NCBI RefSeq assembly: GCF_002165625.1
Contig: NZ_NGNS01000024.1
Location: forward strand, 27,869 to 51,868
DNA: 24,000 nucleotides
Direction of reading: 5' to 3'
Origin: Neiella marina
GTDB lineage: Bacteria; Pseudomonadota; Gammaproteobacteria; Enterobacterales; Neiellaceae
Part shown: piece after piece, positions 1 through 7,828 of the stretch
Layout: each line of letters opens with the position of its first letter
Numbering within the stretch: the first letter of the stretch is position 1
Translations under genes and position numbers: made by a program
The notes under the pieces: generated by a model
Seen by the model: only the letters and a program-made list of their open reading frames with translations
What the model was told of the DNA's origin: nothing
The model's database searches: none

Positions 1-9
1 GTACATGAA

Positions 10-240
10 TTATCCTCCGGCCGGGCCTTTGTATTTTGCTGCATCGACGATACACCAAATATAGACAATAGGGACTAATAGCCAACCGACCGCAATGATC
101 ACTAACCCCCAAGAAATGGCCATACCGACAAAAAATAGAATGGCTGGAAGTATCCGGCCTTGCACCAATTGCCCTAAACCGGGAATAAAGAAACTGCACA
201 ATGCCGCAACGACATTACCACCTGAGCCTTGACCTGCCAT
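10..240 (-). CDS. small integral membrane protein, 76 aa, two predicted TM helices (FIPGLGQ motif)
   Basis: ATG ORF with AAGGAAGGA Shine-Dalgarno about 8 nt upstream on the - strand. Two long hydrophobic stretches. Family not recognised. Confidence 0.6.
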   Translation of the reverse strand: MAGQGSGGNVVAALCSFFIPGLGQLVQGRILPAILFFVGMAISWGLVIIAVGWLLVPIVYIWCIVDAAKYKGPAGG

Positions 241-363
241 GTTGTTTTTCCTTCCTTCTTTAAATGACTTTGGTTAGCTTAACCTGAATTGGCAGTGACG
301 CAAAAGCAACTGAATTGTTACTATTTTTGCAGATGTTTCAGACATACCGAGTTGAGACCCACG

Positions 364-1236
364 ATGAGCGCGTTTAAGCAGATAGATCAGCGAAAAATAT
401 TCCAGCATTTTGTCCACGTTGGTCAGCGGACGTTGGATGTACTGAAGCACTTTTTCCAGCGCTGTAGTGCCGATCAGGTGTCAATCACTGCCGGCCATTT
501 AGCTTATGTCACTTTGTTATCACTAGTGCCTATGATTGCAGTGTCATTTGCCATGTTCTCAGCCTTCCCTGTGTTTGAGGAGCTACGCGGGGAAATCGAA
601 GCGTTTGTTTACGAGAACTTTGTGCCGACGGCGAGTGAGGTGGTGTCGCAGTACATGAATGACTTCGTTAACAATGCCTCGAAAGCAACCTCCATTGGTA
701 TTCTGGCCTTGGTATTCGTGGCATTTATGTTGATGTCAGCAATCGATACCGCGCTTAATCGGATTTGGCGGGTCAAACAAAAGCGACGTTTGGTGATGTC
801 GCTATCGATTTACTGGATGGTACTGACTCTAGGGCCAATCCTCGCCAGTGTTAGCTTGGCAGCGACGTCATACCTGGTCAGCTTAAACGTCATGGAAGAT
901 GTTAGCTGGTTGAAAACACAGATGCTCAAAGTACTGCCGTTCGTGCTATCAACGCTTATTTTTATGTTGTTGTATTTGTTAGTGCCGAACAAGGATGTGA
1001 AGTGGAAGCATGGCCTTTACGGGGCGTTGTTGACTGCTTTTCTGTTTGAAGTTGGTAAGCGTGGCTTTGCTTTGTATATCGCTCACTTTGCATCTTATCA
1101 GGCTATCTATGGCGCTTTAGCCGCCGTTCCCATTATCTTTGTTTGGGTTTATGTGTCTTGGTACATCGTCCTTCTGGGCGCAGAATTTACTGCCACATTG
1201 GGCGAACGGGCAGAACAAGAGGAAGTCACAGAGTGA
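364..1236 (+). CDS. yihY: YihY/BrkB family inner membrane protein (formerly annotated rbn)
   Basis: 290 aa from the ATG at 364 (MSAFKQ...). The [15 protein letters not shown]...FSAFPVF block resembles E. coli YihY, which is the same length. Multiple TM segments. Synteny with dtd immediately downstream as in E. coli. The TTG at 289 in the ORF track looks like an upstream extension. Confidence 0.85.
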   Translation: MSAFKQIDQRKIFQHFVHVGQRTLDVLKHFFQRCSADQVSITAGHLAYVTLLSLVPMIAVSFAMFSAFPVFEELRGEIEAFVYENFVPTASEVVSQYMNDFVNNASKATSIGILALVFVAFMLMSAIDTALNRIWRVKQKRRLVMSLSIYWMVLTLGPILASVSLAATSYLVSLNVMEDVSWLKTQMLKVLPFVLSTLIFMLLYLLVPNKDVKWKHGLYGALLTAFLFEVGKRGFALYIAHFASYQAIYGALAAVPIIFVWVYVSWYIVLLGAEFTATLGERAEQEEVTE

Positions 1237-1667
1237 TTGCATTAATTCAGCGAGTGCAACATGCACAAGTGGTCGTTGAGGGGCAGGTGGTTGGACAAAT
1301 TGATGCGGGCCTACTGATTTTCCTTGGCGTTGAAAAGACTGACGATGAAGCCAAAGCAAAGCGTTTGGCTGAGCGAGTTTGCAACTACCGCGTATTCGAA
1401 GATGAGCAAGGCAAGATGAATTTGAACCTCCAGCAAGCTGGCGGCTCGGCACTGGTGGTGTCGCAATTTACCTTGCCCGCAGATACTCGAAAGGGTAACC
1501 GGCCGAGCTTCTCATCAGCCGCATCAGGCGAATTTGCCAATGATTTGTACCAGAAGTTTGCTAACGCTTGCGGCGAGCGAGTCCCCACAGAAACCGGCCA
1601 GTTCGCTGCAGACATGAAAGTCTCCTTGCTTAACGATGGCCCAGTCACATTCTGGTTACAGATTTAA
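1233..1667 (+). CDS. dtd: D-aminoacyl-tRNA deacylase (D-Tyr-tRNA(Tyr) deacylase)
   Basis: GTG start at 1233 overlaps the yihY TGA stop (GTGA). AGAGGAAG SD upstream. (V)IALIQRV...SQFTL.ADT..G.RPSF...[11 protein letters not shown] is nearly colinear with E. coli Dtd (145 aa). Confidence 0.93.
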   Translation: MIALIQRVQHAQVVVEGQVVGQIDAGLLIFLGVEKTDDEAKAKRLAERVCNYRVFEDEQGKMNLNLQQAGGSALVVSQFTLPADTRKGNRPSFSSAASGEFANDLYQKFANACGERVPTETGQFAADMKVSLLNDGPVTFWLQI

Positions 1668-2341
1668 TTCGTTTCTGGCTCGGAAACAACCAGCATGTTG
1701 AGGTGGTTGGGAATTTGGATCCAGCCCAGTGGCACACTTAGAATTGCTCGCATCAGGTCGGTAACCCGCAGCCATTCTTGTTCGTCTTTGGGGATCAGGT
1801 TGACTGCAACGGTTGGGTTGGGCGCCAACACGCGCTCCACCTCTAACCAGAAGTAGCGATCTGATAGAAACTCTGGCAGCCCTTCGTCGGTACAAATATC
1901 AATAATTAGGCCATTCACTGAGTTGTCATCAAAGCGCGTAATAATGCGCTCAGCGCGCTCCAAAATTGACTTGTTATTGGATTGCTGCGGGGCAAAGTGT
2001 TCGCGGAACAGCTCCAAGATCAGTGGATCGATTTCAACTGAAGTAAGTTGCCAGTTGGGGCGGTGGCGGGCAAAGTAGCGTTGCATAGTGCCGCCTCCCA
2101 GACCCAACTCCAGTGCCACGCCCGAGCCTTGTGTTGGCGGAAATATTTGACTAATGGCTTGATGCGGGGGCAGGGGCGGAGAAGCAGGTTCATTTAACTT
2201 CATCAAACTTTGCATGATCCCGTTAATTTCCAACCAACGATATTGATCGTTTTCCTTAACCTTAATACAGTGGTCACCCTGCCGAACTAAGCGGACAATG
2301 CTGCCGTGGCGGGTAACTTCTTGCCAATTGATTGAAGGCAT
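1664..2341 (-). CDS. class I SAM-dependent methyltransferase, spermidine-synthase-like fold
   Basis: 225 aa. Glycine-rich SAM motif [16 protein letters not shown] 8 nt before the ATG. Specific substrate unknown. Confidence 0.65.
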   Translation of the reverse strand: MPSINWQEVTRHGSIVRLVRQGDHCIKVKENDQYRWLEINGIMQSLMKLNEPASPPLPPHQAISQIFPPTQGSGVALELGLGGGTMQRYFARHRPNWQLTSVEIDPLILELFREHFAPQQSNNKSILERAERIITRFDDNSVNGLIIDICTDEGLPEFLSDRYFWLEVERVLAPNPTVAVNLIPKDEQEWLRVTDLMRAILSVPLGWIQIPNHLNMLVVSEPETN

Positions 2342-2389
2342 TGGATTTTCCTAACGTTAAACGGTTGAGTGAACCGGAGTATTTGTTGC

Positions 2390-3343
2390 ATGTACAAGGT
2401 CATCGAGCCGGTCTCAGAAACAGATTTCGAAAAATACTATCAGTTCCGTTGGGAGCAGCTTCGGGCGCCATTTAATCTACCTAAGGGCTCGGAAAAAGAC
2501 GAGTATGACCAGTACAGCCAACACCGCATGATACTGGATCGCAAAGGTAATCCGGTAGCCGTTGGCCGACTGTACCAAATCAGTGCCGATGAGGGCCAAA
2601 TTCGCTATATGGCGGTGTGTGAAAAACATCGCGGTAAAGGCATTGGGTCGAGCATGATTGCTACTCTTGAAGAGCTGGCAAGAGCATGTTCAATCAAGCG
2701 TGTAATGATGAACGCGCGCTTGGGGGCGGTGCCGTTTTACCAGAAGAACGGTTATCACGCCGTGGGCGAGGGCCCTACCCACTTTGGCAAAATCAAACAT
2801 CAGCAGATGCAAAAAGATGTCACCCCGAAATCAACCAATTCCAAGTATGGAGAATGGTGCGACGAGTTGGCTACCATTTGGCGTGAACAAATTCCGCTGA
2901 CAGCTCAAATGGGCATCTCAGTGGAAGACTACACTGGGGACAACCTTCGCGTGACGGCGCCATCGTCCCCTAATGCTAATCTTCATGGCGGCATGTTTGC
3001 GGGGAGTATGTACGCCTTGGGTAGCCTCACGGGCTGGGGCTTACTGTATTTGATGCTGAAAGAGCGAAATATCGCTGCACGTATTATGCTGGTCCACGGT
3101 GATATTCGCTACCTCAACTCAGTTGAAGGTGACGCAGCTGCAGAATCAAATAGGAAGCAGATTGGCGGCAGCATTTGGCCTTTGATTCGCGATAAAAAAG
3201 TGGTCCTGACCGTCCCTGTTTCCTTGTACTCTGGCAGTCAGTTAGCGGCTGAGTTCACTGGCAAATTTATCTTGTATCCCGAACAAGATAATCCACATGC
3301 TGATTCACTCTCTACACCGCAGGGGTCGCTGCCATTTGATTAG
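2390..3343 (+). CDS. yiiD: bifunctional GNAT acetyltransferase / hotdog thioesterase, YiiD (FabY)-like
   Basis: From the ATG at 2390 (MYKVIEP...), FEKYYQFRWEQLR..L..PKGSE.D matches the E. coli YiiD N-terminus. The C-terminal half (IPLT..MGI....YTG..., LHGGMFAGS...L.TLTGWGL) matches the YiiD thioesterase domain. Position downstream of dtd is as in E. coli. Confidence 0.85.
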   Translation: MYKVIEPVSETDFEKYYQFRWEQLRAPFNLPKGSEKDEYDQYSQHRMILDRKGNPVAVGRLYQISADEGQIRYMAVCEKHRGKGIGSSMIATLEELARACSIKRVMMNARLGAVPFYQKNGYHAVGEGPTHFGKIKHQQMQKDVTPKSTNSKYGEWCDELATIWREQIPLTAQMGISVEDYTGDNLRVTAPSSPNANLHGGMFAGSMYALGSLTGWGLLYLMLKERNIAARIMLVHGDIRYLNSVEGDAAAESNRKQIGGSIWPLIRDKKVVLTVPVSLYSGSQLAAEFTGKFILYPEQDNPHADSLSTPQGSLPFD

Positions 3344-3396
3344 TGCTAAAGGCCAACTACACTCAATTGCTATGACGACTTGAGTGAGTAAAGCCT

Positions 3397-4131
3397 GTGT
3401 GGACAAGGACTTATTGGGCTGCTAAAGGACTGATTCTAGCTTTTTGTTTGAATGTAGTGAGTGCATGGGGCAATCAGGCTGCAATTGAACATAGCATGCT
3501 GATGATTGATGAGGTGGAGTTACACCGTTGGTCATTCGACCGAGAACTTATCTCAGACGATCAAACCCGTGTTATTCACCACGAACCAAGGCAGCATCAT
3601 TACAATGGTTGGAGTCTCATTGCTGTTGACGGCGTGACACCGACTATTGATGAGCAGTGGGCTTTTTTACAGAACTTTGAGTCAGCTCAGCAGCAAACTG
3701 AGCAGCGTAATCTTGTCGAGAACCGACTTACTCGCCTGATACAGCCAGCAACGCTTGTGTTGGTGGCACAAACTGAGAGTGCTGCGCACTATCGTTTCAA
3801 ACCAACTTTACAGAGTTTTTTGGCAGAATCTCAGCGCCATTTGGAAGGTGAGTTGTGGTTTGATGTGAAGCATCAGCACATTTACCGGGTGATGATCAAG
3901 TCCGCCGCTCCACTTGAAAGCAAAGCAGGTGTGACCTTTCCCTACTTCAATTTGGAGTTATCATTTGTCAGAGAGAAGGGTTTTGTTTTGCCGGAGCTCG
4001 TCAAAATGCGCTTTGGTGGTCAAGTCAATGGCCTTAATGTTTTTGCTCAAAACACAGTTCAACACTATAAAAACTATCACTTAGTGTTCCCTCCGCCTTC
4101 CTATGCTGAGCGACAAGAGAACGCAAAATAG
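3397..4131 (+). CDS. hypothetical secreted/periplasmic protein
   Basis: 244-aa ORF with a GTG start. N-terminal signal-peptide-like segment (GLILAFCLNVVSAWG/NQ). No family recognised and the SD is weak. Confidence 0.5.
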   Translation: MWTRTYWAAKGLILAFCLNVVSAWGNQAAIEHSMLMIDEVELHRWSFDRELISDDQTRVIHHEPRQHHYNGWSLIAVDGVTPTIDEQWAFLQNFESAQQQTEQRNLVENRLTRLIQPATLVLVAQTESAAHYRFKPTLQSFLAESQRHLEGELWFDVKHQHIYRVMIKSAAPLESKAGVTFPYFNLELSFVREKGFVLPELVKMRFGGQVNGLNVFAQNTVQHYKNYHLVFPPPSYAERQENAK

Positions 4132-4172
4132 CCTATTAATGTAATTTAATTACACTTTTAAGTTGAAATAAA

Positions 4173-4188
4173 TGTGATCAACCTCAAA
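4173..4188 (+). promoter_or_regulatory. CRP-like dyad TGTGA-tcaacc-TCAAA upstream of small ORF 1
   Basis: 9/10 match to the CRP core consensus TGTGA-N6-TCACA. The same motif sits at the same register (86-87 nt before the ATG) in copy 2. Confidence 0.4.
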
Positions 4189-4195
4189 TAAATTC

Positions 4196-4223
4196 TTGAT
4201 CTATTGGTTTTGTGTAATATACT
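4196..4223 (+). promoter_or_regulatory. putative sigma70 promoter of small ORF 1 (-35 TTGATC, 16-nt spacer, -10 TATACT)
   Basis: Hexamers read directly from the sequence. Equivalent elements are in the same place in copy 2. TSS not determined. Confidence 0.4.
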
Positions 4224-4258
4224 TACACCCGTAAGTTAAAAAACAGGAGAGAAAAGAG

Positions 4259-4348
4259 ATGAATATATTTGGTGTTAAAGGTAGCTACAGTGTTGGTCGT
4301 TCTGGTCGTAGCCGTCGTCGTAGCCAAGCTCTTCGCAACGATGCATAA
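4259..4348 (+). CDS. small arginine-rich basic peptide, 29 aa (MNIFGVKGSYSVGRSGRSRRRSQALRNDA)
   Basis: ATG preceded by AGGAGA (8-nt spacer). TAA stop, with an intrinsic terminator 34 nt downstream. Paralog at 4666..4755 with 28/29 identical residues and 11 of 12 nucleotide differences synonymous. CGT/GGT-rich codon choice. Confidence 0.65.
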   Translation: MNIFGVKGSYSVGRSGRSRRRSQALRNDA

Positions 4349-4381
4349 GTTACAAAAGAAAGCCCAGAATCCAACTTAATA

Positions 4382-4408
4382 GCCTCGATTTAATCGGGGC
4401 TTTTTATT
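4382..4408 (+). terminator. rho-independent terminator after small ORF 1
   Basis: GCCTCGAT-tta-ATCGGGGC, an 8-bp stem with one G-U pair, followed by TTTTTATT. Confidence 0.7.
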
Positions 4409-4578
4409 GCCTCAATTTTGACCTTCCGTAGCGACCTCTAAAAACTAGGCTGAAGCTAATCTAGTTTAACGTTTTTAATTAAAGTATTGTTTTAATTGGA
4501 TTATTTAAATTTTTCTCAGTGTTTTTGTTAGGTGATCTATCTCTCGTTTTTATTAATTTTTAATTAAAATAAAAAAAG

Positions 4579-4594
4579 TGTGATTTAGTTCAAA
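4579..4594 (+). promoter_or_regulatory. CRP-like dyad TGTGA-tttagt-TCAAA upstream of small ORF 2
   Basis: 9/10 match to TGTGA-N6-TCACA. Same half-sites as 4173..4188. Confidence 0.4.
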
Positions 4595-4600
4595 AAAATC

Positions 4601-4628
4601 TGTTCATTTTTAGAAATTGGTGTATATT
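4601..4628 (+). promoter_or_regulatory. putative sigma70 promoter of small ORF 2 (-35 TGTTCA, 16-nt spacer, -10 TATATT)
   Basis: Hexamers read directly from the sequence. Register matches copy 1 within 1 bp. Confidence 0.35.
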
Positions 4629-4665
4629 TAAGTTGTCACTTAAAACAAACCACAGGAGAGACAAT

Positions 4666-4755
4666 ATGAATATCTTCGGCGTAAAAGGTAGCTACAGCGT
4701 AGGTCGCACTGGCCGTAGCCGTCGTCGCAGTCAAGCTCTTCGCAACGATGCCTAA
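4666..4755 (+). CDS. small arginine-rich basic peptide, 29 aa (MNIFGVKGSYSVGRTGRSRRRSQALRNDA), paralog of 4259..4348
   Basis: ATG preceded by AGGAGA (6-nt spacer). TAA stop, with a perfect terminator downstream. Single Ser-to-Thr difference from copy 1. Confidence 0.65.
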   Translation: MNIFGVKGSYSVGRTGRSRRRSQALRNDA

Positions 4756-4785
4756 TTATCATCATTGCAAGACCTCACCAAAGTA

Positions 4786-4814
4786 AAAGCCTCGATAAAA
4801 TCGAGGCTTTTTTT
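4786..4814. terminator. bidirectional rho-independent terminator shared by small ORF 2 (+) and recG (-)
   Basis: AAAGCCTCGA-taaaa-TCGAGGCTTT, a perfect 10-bp stem with a T-run on the + side and an A-run (a U-run for the - transcript) on the other. Lies between the convergent stops at 4755 and 4890. Confidence 0.8.
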
Positions 4815-4889
4815 ATGCATAAAGAAAACCGACCCCCTTTGGAACTGCCAAGCTCAGTTTGGCTCTCGCTAAGTGATTGCCTGTTTGCT

Positions 4890-6974
4890 TTAAGCTGATC
4901 CAAATTGGCTGCGGCCAGCCATCCAACGATCGATCAGCGGTTGGATCCGCTGCGGATGTTGTTGATGGAGCTGATTAGCAAGCTCATGAATCAGTGGTAG
5001 CAAATGTTGATCACGAATTAGGTCGGCAATTTTTAGATCGGCCAAGCCGGTTTGCTTGGTACCTAAGATTTCACCGGGGCCACGGATTTCAAGATCGCGC
5101 TGCGCAATTACAAAGCCATCATTGGAATCGCGAAGTACTCCAAGGCGTTTGGTTGCTGTTTTGGATAGTGGCGCTTTGTAAAGCAGCACGCAGTGACTAG
5201 CGACTGAGCCCCGTCCCACGCGGCCGCGTAACTGATGCAGCTGTGCTAAACCCAAGCGCTCAGGATTCTCAATCACCATTAAACTGGCATTGGGCACATC
5301 GACACCCACTTCAATGACAGTTGTTGCCACTAACAGATCCAGTTCGCCAGCTTTAAAACTAGCCATTACTTGCTGCTTTTCCGCAGCCTTCATCCGGCCA
5401 TGGACCAAACCAATGCGTAATTCAGGTAAATGCTCTGTGAGCACTGCTTGGGTATCTTCGGCGGCCTGCGCTTCAAGTACTTCCGACTCTTCAATCAGGG
5501 TGCAAACCCAATAAACCTGGCGCTTGTCGTTAATACAAGCGGAGCGAACTCGTTCTAACACTTGCTCTCGGCGAGTATCAGGTAGCGCAACCGTTGTTAC
5601 CGGCGTTCGGCCTGGTGGCAGCTCATCAATCACTGACGTGTCTAAGTCGGCATAGGCGGTCATCGCCAGCGTCCTTGGGATCGGAGTGGCTGTCATGATC
5701 AGCTGATGTGGGGTGAATCCTTCGGTCGCGCCTTTCTCACGCAGTGTTAATCGCTGATGAACGCCAAAACGATGCTGCTCGTCGATGATCACCAAGGCCA
5801 ATTTGGCAAAGCTGACTTGATCCTGAAAGAGCGCATGAGTGCCAACAATCATTTGGCCATTGCCATTGGCTATGTCATCTAGTGCTTGTTGCCGTTGTTT
5901 ACCTTTGGTCTTGCCCGCCAACCACACCACCGAGATACCGAGGGGTTCGAGCCAATTACTAAAATTGGCTGCATGCTGTTCGGCTAATAACTCAGTGGGT
6001 GCCATTAATGCCACTTGATAGCCGTGCCCGATCACTGATAGCGCTGCGAGTACCGCAACCAACGTTTTACCCGAGCCAACATCGCCCTGTACTAGCCGCA
6101 TCATGGCCTGCGGTTTGGCTAAATCAGCTTGGATCTCCTGCACCACACGTTGCTGGGCTTTGGTTGGCGCAAACGGCAAGGTGCTCAGTAATTGTTGTTG
6201 CAGCTGGGGCTGCGCCGTTAGTGCTGGCGCCGCGATTTGCTGTTGTTGCAGCCTGAGTTGCTGCATGCTGAGGTTGTGGGCCAACAATTCTTCGATGATC
6301 AGGCGCTGCTGAGCAGGATGCTCGCCCTCAGCTAGCATTGAAGCAGAGACGTCAGCTCCGGGTCGGTGCAGCAGGGCAATGGCATCGTTTAATGCGATCT
6401 GGCTTTGATACAGGCCATCAGGCATTAACTCCGGCAATGGGTGGCGTCTGAGCATTTGCAGAGCTTGCTCGGTCAAACCGCGCAAACTGGCTTGGCGCAC
6501 GCCTTCCGTGGTGGGATAGACCGGTGTGAGGGTTTCTTCCACCTGCGGCGGTTCGTCAAGGTTATCGCTAATTTTATATTCGGGATGAACGATTTCAGGT
6601 CCGTTCGGACCGCGTTTGACCTCACCAAAACAACGGATTTGCTTGCCGATGATAAAGCCGTTTTTCTGACTGGCGCTAAAGCTAAAAAAGCGCAGGGTTA
6701 AGCTACCGGTGCCATCACTTACGCGAACCACTAGCATGCGGCGTCGGCCGAATTTTATGTCACATGAGAGAATTTCACCGATGACGGTGCCGGTTTGATT
6801 GGGTAATAGATCGTCAATAGCAAAAACGCGGGTACGGTCCTCGTATCGCAAAGGCAGGTGATAGAGCAGATCCTGAACCGATACCAAGCTAATTTTGGCA
6901 AGTTTCGCCGCAAGGCTTTTGCCGACGCCCTTTAAGTCGGTCAGTGGTAGCTTGGCAAGTGTATGAGCAGACAA
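4890..6974 (-). CDS. recG: ATP-dependent DNA helicase RecG
   Basis: 694 aa. N-terminus ...LKGVG..LA.KLAKI.L..VQDLL.HLPLRYEDRT resembles E. coli RecG. Walker A GDVGSGKT, DEQHRFG box, helicase C motifs. TTG start codon. Confidence 0.95.
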   Translation of the reverse strand: MSAHTLAKLPLTDLKGVGKSLAAKLAKISLVSVQDLLYHLPLRYEDRTRVFAIDDLLPNQTGTVIGEILSCDIKFGRRRMLVVRVSDGTGSLTLRFFSFSASQKNGFIIGKQIRCFGEVKRGPNGPEIVHPEYKISDNLDEPPQVEETLTPVYPTTEGVRQASLRGLTEQALQMLRRHPLPELMPDGLYQSQIALNDAIALLHRPGADVSASMLAEGEHPAQQRLIIEELLAHNLSMQQLRLQQQQIAAPALTAQPQLQQQLLSTLPFAPTKAQQRVVQEIQADLAKPQAMMRLVQGDVGSGKTLVAVLAALSVIGHGYQVALMAPTELLAEQHAANFSNWLEPLGISVVWLAGKTKGKQRQQALDDIANGNGQMIVGTHALFQDQVSFAKLALVIIDEQHRFGVHQRLTLREKGATEGFTPHQLIMTATPIPRTLAMTAYADLDTSVIDELPPGRTPVTTVALPDTRREQVLERVRSACINDKRQVYWVCTLIEESEVLEAQAAEDTQAVLTEHLPELRIGLVHGRMKAAEKQQVMASFKAGELDLLVATTVIEVGVDVPNASLMVIENPERLGLAQLHQLRGRVGRGSVASHCVLLYKAPLSKTATKRLGVLRDSNDGFVIAQRDLEIRGPGEILGTKQTGLADLKIADLIRDQHLLPLIHELANQLHQQHPQRIQPLIDRWMAGRSQFGSA

Positions 6975-7082
6975 GCCTTTATCTCACTATGACAATGGAT
7001 AACGCTCAGTGTACTGGATATACAACCAGTACATCAAGGGACAACCATCAATAGTTGATTATCGATTCGGCTGACCGAGTAG

Positions 7083-7775
7083 CTACTTACTCGGTGAGCG
7101 CATAACTCGCCACCACTCGTCACTGGCTTGCACATCACCTTTGTCATCCACTCGAGGGTAGGGCAGCCCTTTCTGGCGACAGCGTTTAGCCAAGATCTCG
7201 TGGCAGCCTTCAAACAATAGGCGTTGCTTTTCTTCCGGCTCAACGCCTTGAGACGCTTCGTACATGCCAGCCAAGGCGCGTTGGCGCTGTGCTTCATACA
7301 AAATGATGGCGCTGGCTACTGATACATTCAATGACTGCACCATGCCCATCATCGGCACCACGATGTGTTGGTCGGCCAGTTCGAGTGCTCGCTCGGAGAT
7401 GCCGAATCGCTCAGTGCCCAAAACAATCGCCGTCGGTTTGGTGTAATCGACGTCACGAAAATCAATCGCTGTATCGCTTAAATGAGTGGCGAGGATTTGC
7501 ATGCCGCTCTGTTTAAGTTGGTTGACCGCAGTATCGACATCGGGTTGGCGATGGACGCGAGTCCAGTTGTTGCTACCGGAGCTGTAAAAGTTAGAACGCT
7601 CCAACTCAGAGTCTTCCCAAATGGCGTGGAGATCATGAACACCGACGGCATCGGCTGTGCGAACTATGGCCGATAGGTTATGCGGTTTGTTGACGTGCTC
7701 CATCAGCACAGTCAGGTCCATCTGACGACAATCTAAAACAGAATTAATGCGTTCAAAACGGGCATCAGTGGCCAT
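7083..7775 (-). CDS. trmH: tRNA (guanosine(18)-2'-O)-methyltransferase (SpoU)
   Basis: 230 aa. DLTV.ME.V.KPHN.SAI.RTADAVGVH motif block resembles E. coli TrmH. Position between spoT and recG. Confidence 0.92.
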   Translation of the reverse strand: MATDARFERINSVLDCRQMDLTVLMEHVNKPHNLSAIVRTADAVGVHDLHAIWEDSELERSNFYSSGSNNWTRVHRQPDVDTAVNQLKQSGMQILATHLSDTAIDFRDVDYTKPTAIVLGTERFGISERALELADQHIVVPMMGMVQSLNVSVASAIILYEAQRQRALAGMYEASQGVEPEEKQRLLFEGCHEILAKRCRQKGLPYPRVDDKGDVQASDEWWRVMRSPSK

Positions 7776-7792
7776 GGTGTTTCTCTATCTAT

Positions 7793-7828
7793 TCGCAAAC
7801 AAAAACACGCAGCCTGAGCTGCGTGTTT
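7793..7828 (-). terminator. rho-independent terminator downstream of ridA, just upstream of trmH
   Basis: On the - strand: AAACACGCAGC-ucag-GCUGCGUGUUU, a perfect 11-bp stem followed by UUGUUUG. Confidence 0.8.

Larger units (their letters stand above)
4173..4814 (+). repeat. tandem duplication (period about 406-407 bp) of a mini-gene cassette: dyad site, promoter, SD, 29-codon ORF, terminator
   Basis: Cassette 1 is about 4173..4408 and cassette 2 about 4579..4814. The ORFs, the ACAGGAGAGA SD block, the TGTGA-N6-TCAAA dyad and the AGCCTCGA..TCG(A/G)GGCTTTTT terminator are conserved, while the rest of the non-coding sequence has diverged. Confidence 0.8.

Noticed and set aside
284-317. Direct repeat CTGAATTG at 284..291 and 310..317 in the divergent promoter region upstream of yihY
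   Set aside because: It is only 8 bp and occurs twice, which is compatible with chance in an AT-rich promoter region. I could see no partner motif or regulator context.
810-1895. ORFs 810..992(-), 1117..1452(-), 1385..1648(-) and 1656..1895(-), plus the long form of 1143..1667(+)
   Set aside because: They overlap yihY, dtd or the methyltransferase in other frames. The 174-aa form of dtd is only an upstream in-frame extension, since homology to Dtd begins at the GTG at 1233.
4259-4755. Reading the two 29-codon ORFs as leader peptides or transcription attenuators (Arg-codon run RSRRR)
   Set aside because: No + strand gene follows either ORF. Copy 2 runs into the convergent recG and shares its terminator. 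I found no alternative antiterminator pairing, and the terminators lie 30-35 nt beyond the stop codons.
4259-4755. Reading the small peptides as type I toxins or RiPP/bacteriocin precursors
   Set aside because: The peptide has no hydrophobic helix (type I toxins are membrane-active) and no Cys/Ser/Thr-rich core or leader-like motif. There are no modification, export or immunity genes nearby.
4994-6701. Five + strand ORFs of 68-86 aa (4994..5200, 5290..5514, 5999..6256, 6103..6312, 6441..6701) inside recG
   Set aside because: They lie entirely antisense to a confidently identified 694-aa helicase gene. They have low-complexity Ala/Cys/Ser/Arg-rich translations and no SD, which is typical of shadow ORFs.
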